From: a virus
Lineage: Duplodnaviria > Caudoviricetes
Reading direction: 5' to 3' (one strand)
Virus record (IMG/VR): IMGVR_UViG_3300036798_000105
Coordinates: 1-60,717 of that record
Length of the DNA stretch: 60,717 bases
Part shown: positions 28,364 to 37,593 of the stretch, one piece after another
Layout: each line of letters opens with the position of its first letter
Position numbering within the stretch: position 1 is the first letter of the stretch
Translations under genes and position numbers: made by a program
The notes under the pieces: model-generated
Seen by the model: the letters and a program-made list of their open reading frames with translations, nothing else
The model's database searches: none
Told to the model about the DNA's origin: nothing

Positions 28364-28710
28364 TAACCTGGCTCCCCTAGCTCGCCCCATTTGGTACCTG
28401 AGTTAGCTTGCCGGTAGTAGAACCCGGCGAAGTTGATGATGTCGATTGCGGAGTCCCCGTCGAAATCATTGTTCCGCCATGAGTGATACTTGATGCGCCC
28501 GGCCTTGTTGAGGATGTCGTGGACGAGTCCCTTCCATCCTTTTGTTCTCCACGTCTCGCCGGTAGGATCGTACCCGCGCTCGCACATCGTACGTAGCGCT
28601 ATAGCGAACGGGCCGGATAGCTGATCGATGGCGTCAGGGGTAGGTTCCAGGCCCAGCTTCCGCATGAAGTCGTAGGCGGCATCGTGCATACCGTCATCAC
28701 TGAAGCTCAT
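28363..28710 (-). CDS. All-alpha MazG/dUTPase-fold-like protein (nucleotide-modification-associated candidate)
   Basis: GW.G...DI..K..RI and DSAIDIINFA patterns; sits beside ThyX. Confidence 0.5.
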   Translation of the reverse strand: MSFSDDGMHDAAYDFMRKLGLEPTPDAIDQLSGPFAIALRTMCERGYDPTGETWRTKGWKGLVHDILNKAGRIKYHSWRNNDFDGDSAIDIINFAGFYYRQANSGTKWGELGEPG

Positions 28711-28957
28711 CGTTCCTCTTTCTGTGCTGTATCCGCGCGTGGTTCTTGAGTATCTGTTCCAGGGTCCATATTCCCTGTAGTTCTATTGTCTTCGGGAGGT
28801 TACATTCGCGGCACCGAATGAGAACGGTCGTAATTTCGACCTGTCTGAGTTGTGGATGGTACACTACGTTTTTCGGGAGCCATACGTCTAGGATGTCCCA
28901 GATATGAACATGTTCAGGGACTTTCGGCGCGGCTTCTATTTGCGGCTCGGTCATCAC
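28697..28957 (-). CDS. Hypothetical protein (HxH, CxxC)
   Basis: Coupled ORF. Confidence 0.5.
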   Translation of the reverse strand: MMTEPQIEAAPKVPEHVHIWDILDVWLPKNVVYHPQLRQVEITTVLIRCRECNLPKTIELQGIWTLEQILKNHARIQHRKRNDELQ

Positions 28958-29925
28958 ATCATCGGCTTCCGCGCAGCGTTATGATGCAACGGTTCGACAG
29001 GATCGATGTCGGTCCATGTGTCCGGGGCATCGCCCGCCGCCGAGTGAGCGTTAACCCGGTCGCGAATTACGCACCAGCGATCGGCCGGGCCGTTAAAGCC
29101 GCAGTGCCCGGTCTGGTAGCACACAGGCTTGAACAAGCGGGCGATCTCGCGTTGCTGCCAGCTTTCCTCCGGCGGGCCGTAAGTCATGATTGCCCTGATG
29201 AACTGGTCCCACACATGCTTCCACTCAGCCTGAGCTTGCGAGCACAGTCGCATGCCTGCCTGGTTGACCAGGTTCCGCAGGTCGGTGTGGTAGTGGATGC
29301 GCGTCGTGATGTCTGTCGGCAGGAGTCCGCGCGCCTCCTCGGCGGGCATGCCGGAGCCGATGAGGTGGAGGTATGCCTGCGCGGTATGTGAGACGCATTC
29401 GTCCCAGACGTTCCGCTGCCACTCCTGGGTAGAGTCTTCCGCGCCGGGAGTCTGCCCACCTTCTGTGTTCGCCAAGGATGGTGGGATCGGCACCTCGAAT
29501 GCTGCGTTCTCCTTGACGGCGAACCGCATCGACTCCTGAACGAACACGGCCGTACGCTGTCGTACGAGCTGATGCGTGAATGCCCGCGTCACGCCACTGA
29601 TGAAGAAGTGGAGGTTGATGAACTCAAGCGGAGCACTGATCTTACTTGACTTGAATCCATCCAGCCACTTCAGGGCCTGATCGTGCGAGATGTACCTCGG
29701 GTCGTCGTAGATACCTCCCTGGTATAGTTCGCTCGCCGCAGCCATTACCCGGAGCGGGTTAGCCGTCATCGAGACCAAGGTGACCTTGGGACGTACCGGC
29801 TCGCCGCCGTATGTGATCGGCCTAGCCGCGTACATGGCCTCATCCGCCCACTTGACCGGTAGGCTTCGGTTCTCTGGCGGCATGTAGTCCTGCTCCTTCT
29901 CTTCGTGACTTGTCCACTCGCTCAT
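28954..29925 (-). CDS. thyX: ThyX-like FAD-dependent thymidylate synthase (variant motif RQRx7S)
   Basis: PLEF, GVTRAFTHQLVRQR...QESMR, EEARGLLP, RLCSQAQ.EW. Confidence 0.85.
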   Translation of the reverse strand: MSEWTSHEEKEQDYMPPENRSLPVKWADEAMYAARPITYGGEPVRPKVTLVSMTANPLRVMAAASELYQGGIYDDPRYISHDQALKWLDGFKSSKISAPLEFINLHFFISGVTRAFTHQLVRQRTAVFVQESMRFAVKENAAFEVPIPPSLANTEGGQTPGAEDSTQEWQRNVWDECVSHTAQAYLHLIGSGMPAEEARGLLPTDITTRIHYHTDLRNLVNQAGMRLCSQAQAEWKHVWDQFIRAIMTYGPPEESWQQREIARLFKPVCYQTGHCGFNGPADRWCVIRDRVNAHSAAGDAPDTWTDIDPVEPLHHNAARKPMM

Positions 29926-30023
29926 TTTCTTGCCTTCCTGATGAAGTGTGCGATCGCACTAAGTGCGAGCCGAACCAGTATGAGTACGGCTATTACATTT
30001 GCCGCAAAATAAACTAGCTCCAT
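29922..30023 (-). CDS. 33-aa membrane microprotein
   Basis: MELVYFAANVIAVLILVRLALSAIAHFIRKARK; TAATG and ATGA coupling on both sides. Confidence 0.55.
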   Translation of the reverse strand: MELVYFAANVIAVLILVRLALSAIAHFIRKARK

Positions 30024-30709
30024 TACCTGCCGCCGTTGATCTCGATGATAGCGCCGGTCATCTGCTCCGGGCCGGTAAGGACCCATGCGATAGTCTTGGC
30101 CACTTCCTTGCGTGTGGCTCTTCTGCCGGTAGGGATGTTCTGTTCTTCATACGAGCGGGCGTGTTCTGGAGTCCAGCCCCGGAATCCGGGGATGGTCTTG
30201 TCGATGTACTCCGTCATCGGGGTATCCTCGACCATGCCCGGCGCTACCGCGTTGATCCGGTGGAGCGGCGCCAGCTCCCGCGCCATCACCTTTACGGCCA
30301 TGTCGAGCGCGGCTTTTGAAGCGCAGTAGGCGACGGAACCGCGCATCGGGATACGGGCGGCGTCGGAGCTGACCGCGACGGCGGACATTGCGTTGTCCGG
30401 GAATATCCGCAGGTGTTCCGAGATGGTGAGGACGAACCCGGCGCAGTTAATGTTGAAAAGGTAGCCCATGGTCACGTCGATGTTCTGTTCGTGTATCCAG
30501 GCGAGCTCATTATAGCCAGCCGAGTAGACGATGTATGGGAATGGGCCGTGAGTGCTGATGTATGTGGAGACGCTAGCTGCGAGCTCAACGTCTAGCTCGT
30601 TCCTATGCGGAGTGTGTATGTCGCGTCCTAGCTTCTCGGACATGACCTTTGCAGTAGTCTTCCCGATGCCGGAGTTGCCGCCGATGATGAGACACTTGTT
30701 AGTTATCAT
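30023..30709 (-). CDS. Short-chain dehydrogenase/reductase (FabG-like)
   Basis: GGNSGIG, YCASK, INAVAPG. Confidence 0.9.
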   Translation of the reverse strand: MITNKCLIIGGNSGIGKTTAKVMSEKLGRDIHTPHRNELDVELAASVSTYISTHGPFPYIVYSAGYNELAWIHEQNIDVTMGYLFNINCAGFVLTISEHLRIFPDNAMSAVAVSSDAARIPMRGSVAYCASKAALDMAVKVMARELAPLHRINAVAPGMVEDTPMTEYIDKTIPGFRGWTPEHARSYEEQNIPTGRRATRKEVAKTIAWVLTGPEQMTGAIIEINGGR

Positions 30710-30963
30710 TCCATCCGCATATTCACTCGTACTGGTGGCGCTTCGGCCATCTCTGACATTTCTTCCTTGGCATGTGAAATGATGAATGCTTGCGGCATCA
30801 TCTCCTTGATCATGTTAGAACAGTTCAAGCATATCTCTATTGCCTTGTAGTCATCCTCCCCGACGAACTGGCCGTCATTGGTGTGATGTATGACGTCTAT
30901 GCGCAGCAGGACTGTAGTGTTGATGCATTGTTCTTCGCAGCAGTCGCAGAATGTCTTCTTCAT
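30706..30963 (-). CDS. Small Cys-rich protein
   Basis: CDCC...CLNC; SD AAGGAG. Confidence 0.6.
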   Translation of the reverse strand: MKKTFCDCCEEQCINTTVLLRIDVIHHTNDGQFVGEDDYKAIEICLNCSNMIKEMMPQAFIISHAKEEMSEMAEAPPVRVNMRME

Positions 30964-30992
30964 ACCGGCTCCTTACGGTTACGGCTATCTCT

Positions 30993-31021
30993 AGTATACC
31001 GTCGCGCGCGGGTAATTACTA
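30993..31021 (-). promoter_or_regulatory. Predicted promoter TAGTAA-N17-TATACT
   Basis: In a CA/TG-free island, about 30963-31038. Confidence 0.6.
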
Positions 31022-31687
31022 GCCCGTCTTTTCCTTCCAGGCGGCTACATGGAACCGCAGGAATTCCCTGAATGCGTTCAGGCTATGAACACGAATCAGG
31101 CCATCCCTGTTGACGCCCACGGAATTGTACGGCTGTGCCATGAGGTAGGTATTCTGAATGCCTGCTTCGCGTGCTTCGTGAAGTTGCTCTGTCAGGTCAT
31201 CTATGGCGGCTATGATCCGGCCGAGTCCTACTTGCTGTACCAGTTCGTGGTACTTGCCATGACCGTCAGGATCATCCCACAGGATCGCATCGAAACCAAT
31301 GTGGTTCCGGTTGAGCCATTCTTGCGTGTCTTCATCGATGTTGTCGAGACGGTTGTACGGACGAGTGGTACAGATCCAGATCTCTACATCCTGGTTCCTG
31401 AGCCATGTAGTCAAGTCGCTCGCGCCGGGGTATACCGGCATCGTCCGCTTCATGCCGCCTTGTCGGTAAGCTAGCTTGATCTTGCGATAGATGGAGTGAT
31501 CGATGCCCATGAATTCCGACAGCCGCCGTCCGGGATTGATCGAGCTTGGATTCGGCATCTTGCGACCTAGCCATCCCTCGGCAAATTTAAGGAAGTGCAC
31601 GTGATAGTCGCCCAATGTTCCGTCGATGTCGAGAGCCACAACACCGCGCAGAGCGCCGTTCCTGAAGATCTGTGGATTAGTCATCAT
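31019..31687 (-). CDS. HAD-family phosphatase (5'-nucleotidase-like)
   Basis: DIDGT, TTRP, IDD motifs. Confidence 0.85.
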   Translation of the reverse strand: MMTNPQIFRNGALRGVVALDIDGTLGDYHVHFLKFAEGWLGRKMPNPSSINPGRRLSEFMGIDHSIYRKIKLAYRQGGMKRTMPVYPGASDLTTWLRNQDVEIWICTTRPYNRLDNIDEDTQEWLNRNHIGFDAILWDDPDGHGKYHELVQQVGLGRIIAAIDDLTEQLHEAREAGIQNTYLMAQPYNSVGVNRDGLIRVHSLNAFREFLRFHVAAWKEKTG

Positions 31688-32450
31688 TCAGAATCCTCAT
31701 CACGTCCGGGTACGTCTTGTGAACTAGGTAGCTCTTGAGCCATTTGCCGTACCGACCGATCCGGTAGATGTGAGCGTGACAATTACAGTTAGTGGTAAGC
31801 GGCTTGATGACCCTGGCCGTCGTCTCGCCGTTTGGTTGTGGAAGTGACCACTCGGTAGTCCGGTACCCGAATACGCAGGCATTACGGTACCATGCGTGCG
31901 CTTCCGTGCCGTCGCATATAATTGTGTCTTCGGCTTCAAGACCCTGGTTCGTGCTACCTACGGCATAGATTGTGTGGTATACGAACTCGTGCTCCTTGCG
32001 GTAACATAGTGCTCGCGCGGGTATGGTCGAGATGATCTTCTCCGGGCCGAACCGGTATATGTCCGAGACTGCTCCGCTGGTGATTGCCGGAATCTTGACG
32101 AACCGGACTTTCTTGATTTCATGAAGGCGCTTCCACATGGCCGTATATGTCGCGCGGATATCCCATGCGTCATGTTCCCCCACGAAATCCTCTGGCGATA
32201 CCTTCCCGTTCCAATTGCTTCCGTAAACCTTGAGCCGGTACTGTTCCGGTGTGCCGACTAGCCAGTATCCAACTCGCGTGTGATCTACCCATTCGTAGCC
32301 GGGAACTGGAGCATGAAGGTACTGGCAGCCGTATATTTGGCTTGGGGAATTTGAGCTGCTCATTATTACTACATAGTGGCCGAGACTGACGGCAGCTTCC
32401 GCCGCCGCCAGTCCGGTAGGGCCACAGCCAAGGATGGCTATAGTGCCCAC
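31677..32450 (-). CDS. FAD/NAD-dependent oxidoreductase
   Basis: GCGPTGLAAA, G.QYLH, ISTIP, IGRYGKW. Confidence 0.8.
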   Translation of the reverse strand: MGTIAILGCGPTGLAAAEAAVSLGHYVVIMSSSNSPSQIYGCQYLHAPVPGYEWVDHTRVGYWLVGTPEQYRLKVYGSNWNGKVSPEDFVGEHDAWDIRATYTAMWKRLHEIKKVRFVKIPAITSGAVSDIYRFGPEKIISTIPARALCYRKEHEFVYHTIYAVGSTNQGLEAEDTIICDGTEAHAWYRNACVFGYRTTEWSLPQPNGETTARVIKPLTTNCNCHAHIYRIGRYGKWLKSYLVHKTYPDVMRILNDD

Positions 32451-32824
32451 TAAAGAATCCTGCCTCCGTGTTGGTACGGTCGGGTGTGGCCGTACTTAAT
32501 GACTCGTTCAAGTTCATAGATGATATCGATGCCCCAGATATCAGCCATGTCTAGGATTCGGATAAGCACGTCGGCTAGCTCCGGGCCTACCCCGACCGGC
32601 TTGTTGTCTATGGTGTCTGACCATAGCTTGTCCCGGTAGGCGTCTAGGGCTTCCGACAGTTCCGACTGAGCCAGAGCGATGTACGCCGCGAACCATGGGC
32701 CGGTACGTGGAGGTAGTGTGTCGCCGCCGAACTTCTCGCGCCATCCCTTTTCCACATTCAGGTTGCGGATGACCAGGGTGAGGTACGGGATGTTATTGAG
32801 CGGCCCCTGCTCCAGGTCGCCCAT
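32450..32824 (-). CDS. MazG-like nucleotide pyrophosphohydrolase
   Basis: SELSEALDA...ELADVLIRILD. Confidence 0.85.
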   Translation of the reverse strand: MGDLEQGPLNNIPYLTLVIRNLNVEKGWREKFGGDTLPPRTGPWFAAYIALAQSELSEALDAYRDKLWSDTIDNKPVGVGPELADVLIRILDMADIWGIDIIYELERVIKYGHTRPYQHGGRIL

Positions 32825-33633
32825 CAGAACGGCGGGTCATCACTGGAGCCGCGAGCGCGACCGCGCCCACGGGCCGGGGCGGCAGACTTCGTGGTGGCGG
32901 CCGTTCGCGCGCCTCGGGTGCCACGGGCCGGAGCGGGCTTCTCCGGCTCTTTCGAGGCGGAACGGGTAGCCGTACGCGCGCCGCGCGCCGGAGTCTTCTC
33001 CGTAGCCGTACGGGCCGCGCGAGCGGGTTGCCTTCCGCGCGTCCTAGCCGGTTCCGGCTCCGGTTCTGGTTCTTCCTCCTCATCTTCCGGCTCATCCTCC
33101 TCAACGTCATCCACTGGCTCATCCTCGTCATCATCGAATGGGAGCCATTCCTTGATGGCAGGCTTCCACTCGCCGTTGTAGCGCTCTCGGTCGGTGACGA
33201 CTCGGGACCATGCCTCATCGTTCTCCTGGCCGGGGCGGAAGCTGCCGACCTTGACGATAGGCGCGCCGTTCTGATCGTCCTTGTCCTCGACTTCGGTGTT
33301 GTTCTTCACCTGCCTCAGCGTGAAGCCGTAGTTCTCCATGAACGGTGCCCACCTGAACTTGGCGCCGCCGATCAGGGCGTAGTTCAGCCAGAACGGGCAG
33401 CCGTTGAACTCTTCGTAGTCGTCGGTGTTCTCGTCAGCGACCCAAAGGATCTTGAGCATCGGGTCGTTGTTCTGCGTGCGGGTCCACCACATCTTCTTGA
33501 CGTAGCCGGACAGCTCGATGTCCTTGGGAGGGACTTCCCCATCGTAGCTGTCGAACGTTTCGGTGGAGTACTCAAGGGCATCCAGTTCATCGATGTCCAG
33601 GTCGGCGGTGTCTTCCTTGCGGAGCTTAACCAT
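32824..33633 (-). CDS. Single-stranded DNA-binding protein (putative)
   Basis: YDG..PP N-terminus, acidic then basic linker, C-terminal DDPPF. Confidence 0.7.
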   Translation of the reverse strand: MVKLRKEDTADLDIDELDALEYSTETFDSYDGEVPPKDIELSGYVKKMWWTRTQNNDPMLKILWVADENTDDYEEFNGCPFWLNYALIGGAKFRWAPFMENYGFTLRQVKNNTEVEDKDDQNGAPIVKVGSFRPGQENDEAWSRVVTDRERYNGEWKPAIKEWLPFDDDEDEPVDDVEEDEPEDEEEEPEPEPEPARTRGRQPARAARTATEKTPARGARTATRSASKEPEKPAPARGTRGARTAATTKSAAPARGRGRARGSSDDPPF

Positions 33634-33823
33634 TGCGGTTTCCTTCGTGAGTGTGATCTAGGTAGTGTTGGTGTAGGCGGTGGTCGGCGGTGTGTTCCCC
33701 TTTCGTCACGAACCGTAGCAGGGAATGGCGTTTCCCTACGTGCTTATGGAGCCACTCATCCGACTGAGTGTCTTGATCGACCAGTACGTCGGGCGGGACG
33801 TACCGGCGTCGTATTCGGGCCAT
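33626..33823 (-). CDS. Small His-rich protein
   Basis: Overlap-coupled; similar to 23912-24136. Confidence 0.55.
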   Translation of the reverse strand: MARIRRRYVPPDVLVDQDTQSDEWLHKHVGKRHSLLRFVTKGEHTADHRLHQHYLDHTHEGNRNG

Positions 33824-34679
33824 GTCCTGTCGCCTTATCGATCGCTTGTATCATCTCGGACATTGCGAAGTAGTTGCCCTCTTCGACATCCCAGAACTTG
33901 CCTAGTGCCATGTAGCGGTCCTTGGCGTACCACGGAGGGTAGGGCTGGGCCAGAGCACGGCGGACTACCGCGCCGCGCATTTCTCGGCTCTCGCGCGCGA
34001 CCGCGTAGTATAGCGCTACGGAGAACTGTGCCGAGACATAGTCAGAGATCTCGCCTTTCTTGCCCAAGAGGTGAGGGATGACTCGCTGTTCCCCTTCGGC
34101 ATCGTCAACGGACATTGATGTCGTGATGAAGATGACGTTGAACAGGCCGTCGATAAGACGGTCACACCATCTCTTGAAGCCGTTCTGGTACTTCTGGTGA
34201 TTCTGGATGGCCGGGATGTCTAGGTCGCGTTGCGGATTGATTTCGTTCTCACGCTGAAGAATCCAGCGCATGTACAGCTCCTGCATCTTCGTGCCGGAGT
34301 CGATCACGAACCAGTCGTCGACAGTGAGATTCTGCTCTGCCCACCTCACACCGGCTACCGCATGCTCCCATGTCGGCGCACGGATTAGCTCTGCCTGGCT
34401 ACCTACTGCTCGCGCGGATGCGACACCCTCCGTTTCGGTCGACAGGAACCAGACACCGCGCGAGCCGTCGGCGGCACCGCCAGCGAGCAGCGTCTTGCCG
34501 TGGCCGGACGGTCCATGGATGAGGATGTTCTTTGTTGCGCTGACGCCGGATTCAGCTAGGTTCTCGACCTTGATCTCGATATCGGCTTCCATCATCGAGA
34601 GCGGTGCTTCGCGGGATTGCTTGGCTGACTGGCGGGCAATTCCCCTGGCACCGCGCAGGCCTCGGGTAGGTGGCATCAC
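33756..34679 (-). CDS. AAA-family ATPase (Sak4-like recombinase)
   Basis: GPSGHGKT, FVIDS, YAKDR; sits between exonuclease and SSB. Confidence 0.8.
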   Translation of the reverse strand: MMPPTRGLRGARGIARQSAKQSREAPLSMMEADIEIKVENLAESGVSATKNILIHGPSGHGKTLLAGGAADGSRGVWFLSTETEGVASARAVGSQAELIRAPTWEHAVAGVRWAEQNLTVDDWFVIDSGTKMQELYMRWILQRENEINPQRDLDIPAIQNHQKYQNGFKRWCDRLIDGLFNVIFITTSMSVDDAEGEQRVIPHLLGKKGEISDYVSAQFSVALYYAVARESREMRGAVVRRALAQPYPPWYAKDRYMALGKFWDVEEGNYFAMSEMIQAIDKATGHGPNTTPVRPARRTGRSRHSVG

Positions 34680-35080
34680 AATGCTCGCATCGCCGCTATG
34701 AACGTCTCCCAGTCGGGGAAGACGGTGATAGCCGACAAGCAGTGGAAGACGTTCTCCCGCTTGCCGATCAGGAAGATCTCCTTGTTCGTGGTGAGTGCCA
34801 TGCCGAGTTCTGTGTGGTGACCGCCGCGTCCTAGTCCGCTTGTGAACATGATGAAGGTGTCGGCCTTCATGACATCCTCGGTATCAAGGACGGCGTGTGG
34901 CATACCGCGCCATGGGGTAGCGTTGAGGTCGTCTGCGCCAAGGCCCTCTTCCTGATTGTTACCGTCGAGCCAGCGAGATGTCGTCGTGATTCCCATGGCC
35001 TGGAGTTCATCCCGGTACTTGCGCATTTCTTCCTTGCGCTCGTATTGGGCGGCGATGTATACCCAGCCTGTTGCGTACAT
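34676..35080 (-). CDS. Nucleoside 2-deoxyribosyltransferase / nucleotide N-hydrolase-like protein
   Basis: VYIAA, SRW, D..DV..AD, G.HTELG.A, ENVFH. Confidence 0.7.
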   Translation of the reverse strand: MYATGWVYIAAQYERKEEMRKYRDELQAMGITTTSRWLDGNNQEEGLGADDLNATPWRGMPHAVLDTEDVMKADTFIMFTSGLGRGGHHTELGMALTTNKEIFLIGKRENVFHCLSAITVFPDWETFIAAMRAL

Positions 35081-36060
35081 TATGCTGCCTTTCGCATATC
35101 GGCGTACGGATCTGCTCTCCGGTAATTGTTCCGTAGAACTGACTTGTATGAGTCGCTACCGCGTTCGTGAAGCGTACATGGAATCCAGAACGGACAGCGC
35201 GGGCAGTCCCTTGTGGATGTTTTGGTTATCGGAATGATTCCCTCGCGGACGGCATTCATTACTGCCACTTCATCGGCTATGCGCTCCAGCTGTGTCCTCT
35301 GCTCTTTTGCCGAACGTTCAATGACCGTACGGACGAATAGCGGCGGTGGTTGCTTCTTGGAGATGCTACCGTCCTTATTTGTGCGCAGGCCGTCTAGGTT
35401 TTGTGGACGGTCATCCAGCTTAGCCTTGCGAAGGAAATTGTAGATAATGCCTTCGATTGACTCATTTTGCTTCAGGATGCCTTGCGTCTTGAGGAGTTGT
35501 GATGCGACCGCCCAGTAGCTACCAGCCTGATCGTCAAGTTCAAGATAGGCGGTAGCGATCTGAGCGGCAGTCTTGTTCTCCAATAGGTATACCTTGCCGT
35601 CTTCGGCATTGCGGAGTACGCCGTCCCAGCGTGACGCGAAGTAAGCAAGTGGTTGTCCGTCACGCATGATGCGCACGCGGAAAGGCTGCTCGACTGAGAT
35701 TATGTCCCATTGCGTATCGCGGCCGTAGTAGTTGGCGTACTCCTCAAGCATGGCTATGCCTAGCTCGGTAGCATCCATCCACACCGGCTCATCGAATGTC
35801 TCGTCAAGGTATGTCCGGGCGAACGCGATTTCATCGCCAGCCCACTTCTCCCAGGTATCGGCAGGATGCGGGCCACGGCGCTTGCCATTGAGGTACCATT
35901 GCGCTAGTGCTTCGTGAATTCCGATTCCGAACCACAAAGCATCCGCTTGCGGAGACCGCTGCCGGTAACCTTGGCGATACTCCCACCACCAGCGTTGCGG
36001 ACAGCGCTTGAATGCACTACGCTCTGAAGTGCGTAGTGTTGGAAGTGTCGCCGCTGTCAT
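35080..36060 (-). CDS. Cas4-like / PD-(D/E)XK exonuclease
   Basis: FKRCPQRW, D...ENKT, Q...YW, CPRCPF...C. Confidence 0.85.
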   Translation of the reverse strand: MTAATLPTLRTSERSAFKRCPQRWWWEYRQGYRQRSPQADALWFGIGIHEALAQWYLNGKRRGPHPADTWEKWAGDEIAFARTYLDETFDEPVWMDATELGIAMLEEYANYYGRDTQWDIISVEQPFRVRIMRDGQPLAYFASRWDGVLRNAEDGKVYLLENKTAAQIATAYLELDDQAGSYWAVASQLLKTQGILKQNESIEGIIYNFLRKAKLDDRPQNLDGLRTNKDGSISKKQPPPLFVRTVIERSAKEQRTQLERIADEVAVMNAVREGIIPITKTSTRDCPRCPFWIPCTLHERGSDSYKSVLRNNYRRADPYADMRKAA

Positions 36061-36207
36061 ATAGATTGCCCCTTCAAATCTTCAGGGTCCTAGACGGTAA
36101 CGGGCCGGGGCGGGCTGGTCGTTGCCGTCTAGGACGCTCAGGATTCCCTACGGACCAAGCCCGGCTATGCGGCGGGCGGGCACCCTTGACATAACCGGGC
36201 TTGGCGT

Positions 36208-36645
36208 CTAGTAGGGGGCTTCCGCTGCCGCCTTGGAGGCGTTGGACGGACGCCCGCGACCACGCTTGACGGGCGCGGCGGCCGGAGCCGGGGTTGCCGG
36301 AGCGGTAGCGGCGGCCTTGCGGGGACGACCACGGGCAGGCCTGGCCGGCTCGGGCTCAGGCTCTGGTTCCGGCGCGGCGCGCTCGGACTTGCGGGCTTCG
36401 CGCTGAGAGATGTTGAATTCGGACTTCTGGAAGTGCGGGTACAGGGCCGAGCCGAGCGACAGGAGCTTGTCCACGGGGACATCCTCCAGGGCCGCGACGT
36501 TGTCTTCGAACCAGACAACGTAGTCGGACATCGTCGGGGACAGATCCTTGTCGAGGTACCGCTGGAAGTCGACCTGGCCATTCTCTTCGGGGTCAGGCTC
36601 TGGCGGCGCGACTACGGCCGCCCTGCGCCCTCGTGCTGCTGGCAT
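36208..36645 (-). CDS. 145-aa protein of the M..[FY]..W.E...FQ.S..N family (in-frame extension to 36939 possible)
   Basis: SD AGGAGG before ATG 36645; core aligns with 48769-49224 and 52038-52412. Confidence 0.75.
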   Translation of the reverse strand: MPAARGRRAAVVAPPEPDPEENGQVDFQRYLDKDLSPTMSDYVVWFEDNVAALEDVPVDKLLSLGSALYPHFQKSEFNISQREARKSERAAPEPEPEPEPARPARGRPRKAAATAPATPAPAAAPVKRGRGRPSNASKAAAEAPY

Positions 36646-36690
36646 AGGGGAATCCCTCCTGGGGTGAGGCATTTTCGCGTTACCCTTCCG

Positions 36691-36719
36691 AGTATACTCC
36701 GGCCCGGAGCGGATGGCTA
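36691..36719 (-). promoter_or_regulatory. Predicted promoter TAGCCA-N17-TATACT
   Basis: Same architecture as the other phage promoters. Confidence 0.65.
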
Positions 36720-37097
36720 CCCCCTTTCGCGATGAACTTTCGGTATGATCCGAAAGCTCGAAACGGCCGGGCGCGATGTAACGGAGGGTAATGAAGCCAT
36801 CCGAATTCGGAACCTTCCATTCCTTTGATGGTTTCCTGACATCGTCGGCCGTATACTTCATGACGAACCGCGCCATGTCGATAGTAAAGCCGTAGCCGGA
36901 AACGAGCGCTTCCATGATGACGGCAATATTCCGGGCCACGGGATTTCCTTATTTGCCTAGAAAGTTATTCACGATGGGCGGATATATTACCGCCAGAAGC
37001 AGGAACATCAGGCATAGCATGATGATGGTCATTGTCATGCCCATAGCGATGTTCCCGACGATGCGCATCCTCTTGTAGTTGGGCTCCACTGTATCTC

Positions 37098-37415
37098 CTA
37101 GTGCGGGTAGTATGGGCGTTCTTCTCCGAACCAGATCTGCTCGTCCGCTTCGTGACATAGGTACAGATGAATAAGATTGCGTACCTGCTGGCGCGGTTCG
37201 TCATATGTGTTGATGTCTACGGAGACGTTGAGAGGCTTCAGGTTGTCATCCTCATCATTGTCATTATCGGCACACCACACTTCCAGGCATAGCCTACGGC
37301 TCGCGCGGTCTACTGATACCTCACCGCGGTTGTCGCCCCTCTTGACGCCGTAGGACCACTGGAATATTTCCAGCTCGTGTTCGATTTCGGTCATGATCCG
37401 GTCGATGCTACTCAT
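37098..37415 (-). CDS. Hypothetical protein (HEADE motif)
   Basis: Coupled ORF. Confidence 0.55.
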   Translation of the reverse strand: MSSIDRIMTEIEHELEIFQWSYGVKRGDNRGEVSVDRASRRLCLEVWCADNDNDEDDNLKPLNVSVDINTYDEPRQQVRNLIHLYLCHEADEQIWFGEERPYYPH

Positions 37416-37593
37416 GGAGCTTCCAGTTGCTTTCCTTCGGCCTGCGTACTATTGAGTCGGCGTAGCGCTCGCATTCATCATACTCTTCGCCGGTTAGGGG
37501 ATCTGGCCATGCTTTCCCGAACTCACGGACCTTGTCGGCAAATGCCTCGTACCACTTGTTGTCTAGGTCGAATTCCGTCGGTTCGGTCGGCAT
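37408..37593 (-). CDS. Hypothetical protein
   Basis: TAATG coupling to the helicase. Confidence 0.55.
   Translation of the reverse strand: MPTEPTEFDLDNKWYEAFADKVREFGKAWPDPLTGEEYDECERYADSIVRRPKESNWKLHE

Noticed and set aside
35080-36060. Cas4-like gene as part of a CRISPR-Cas system
   Set aside because: No other cas genes or array; it lies in the usual exonuclease-recombinase-SSB module.
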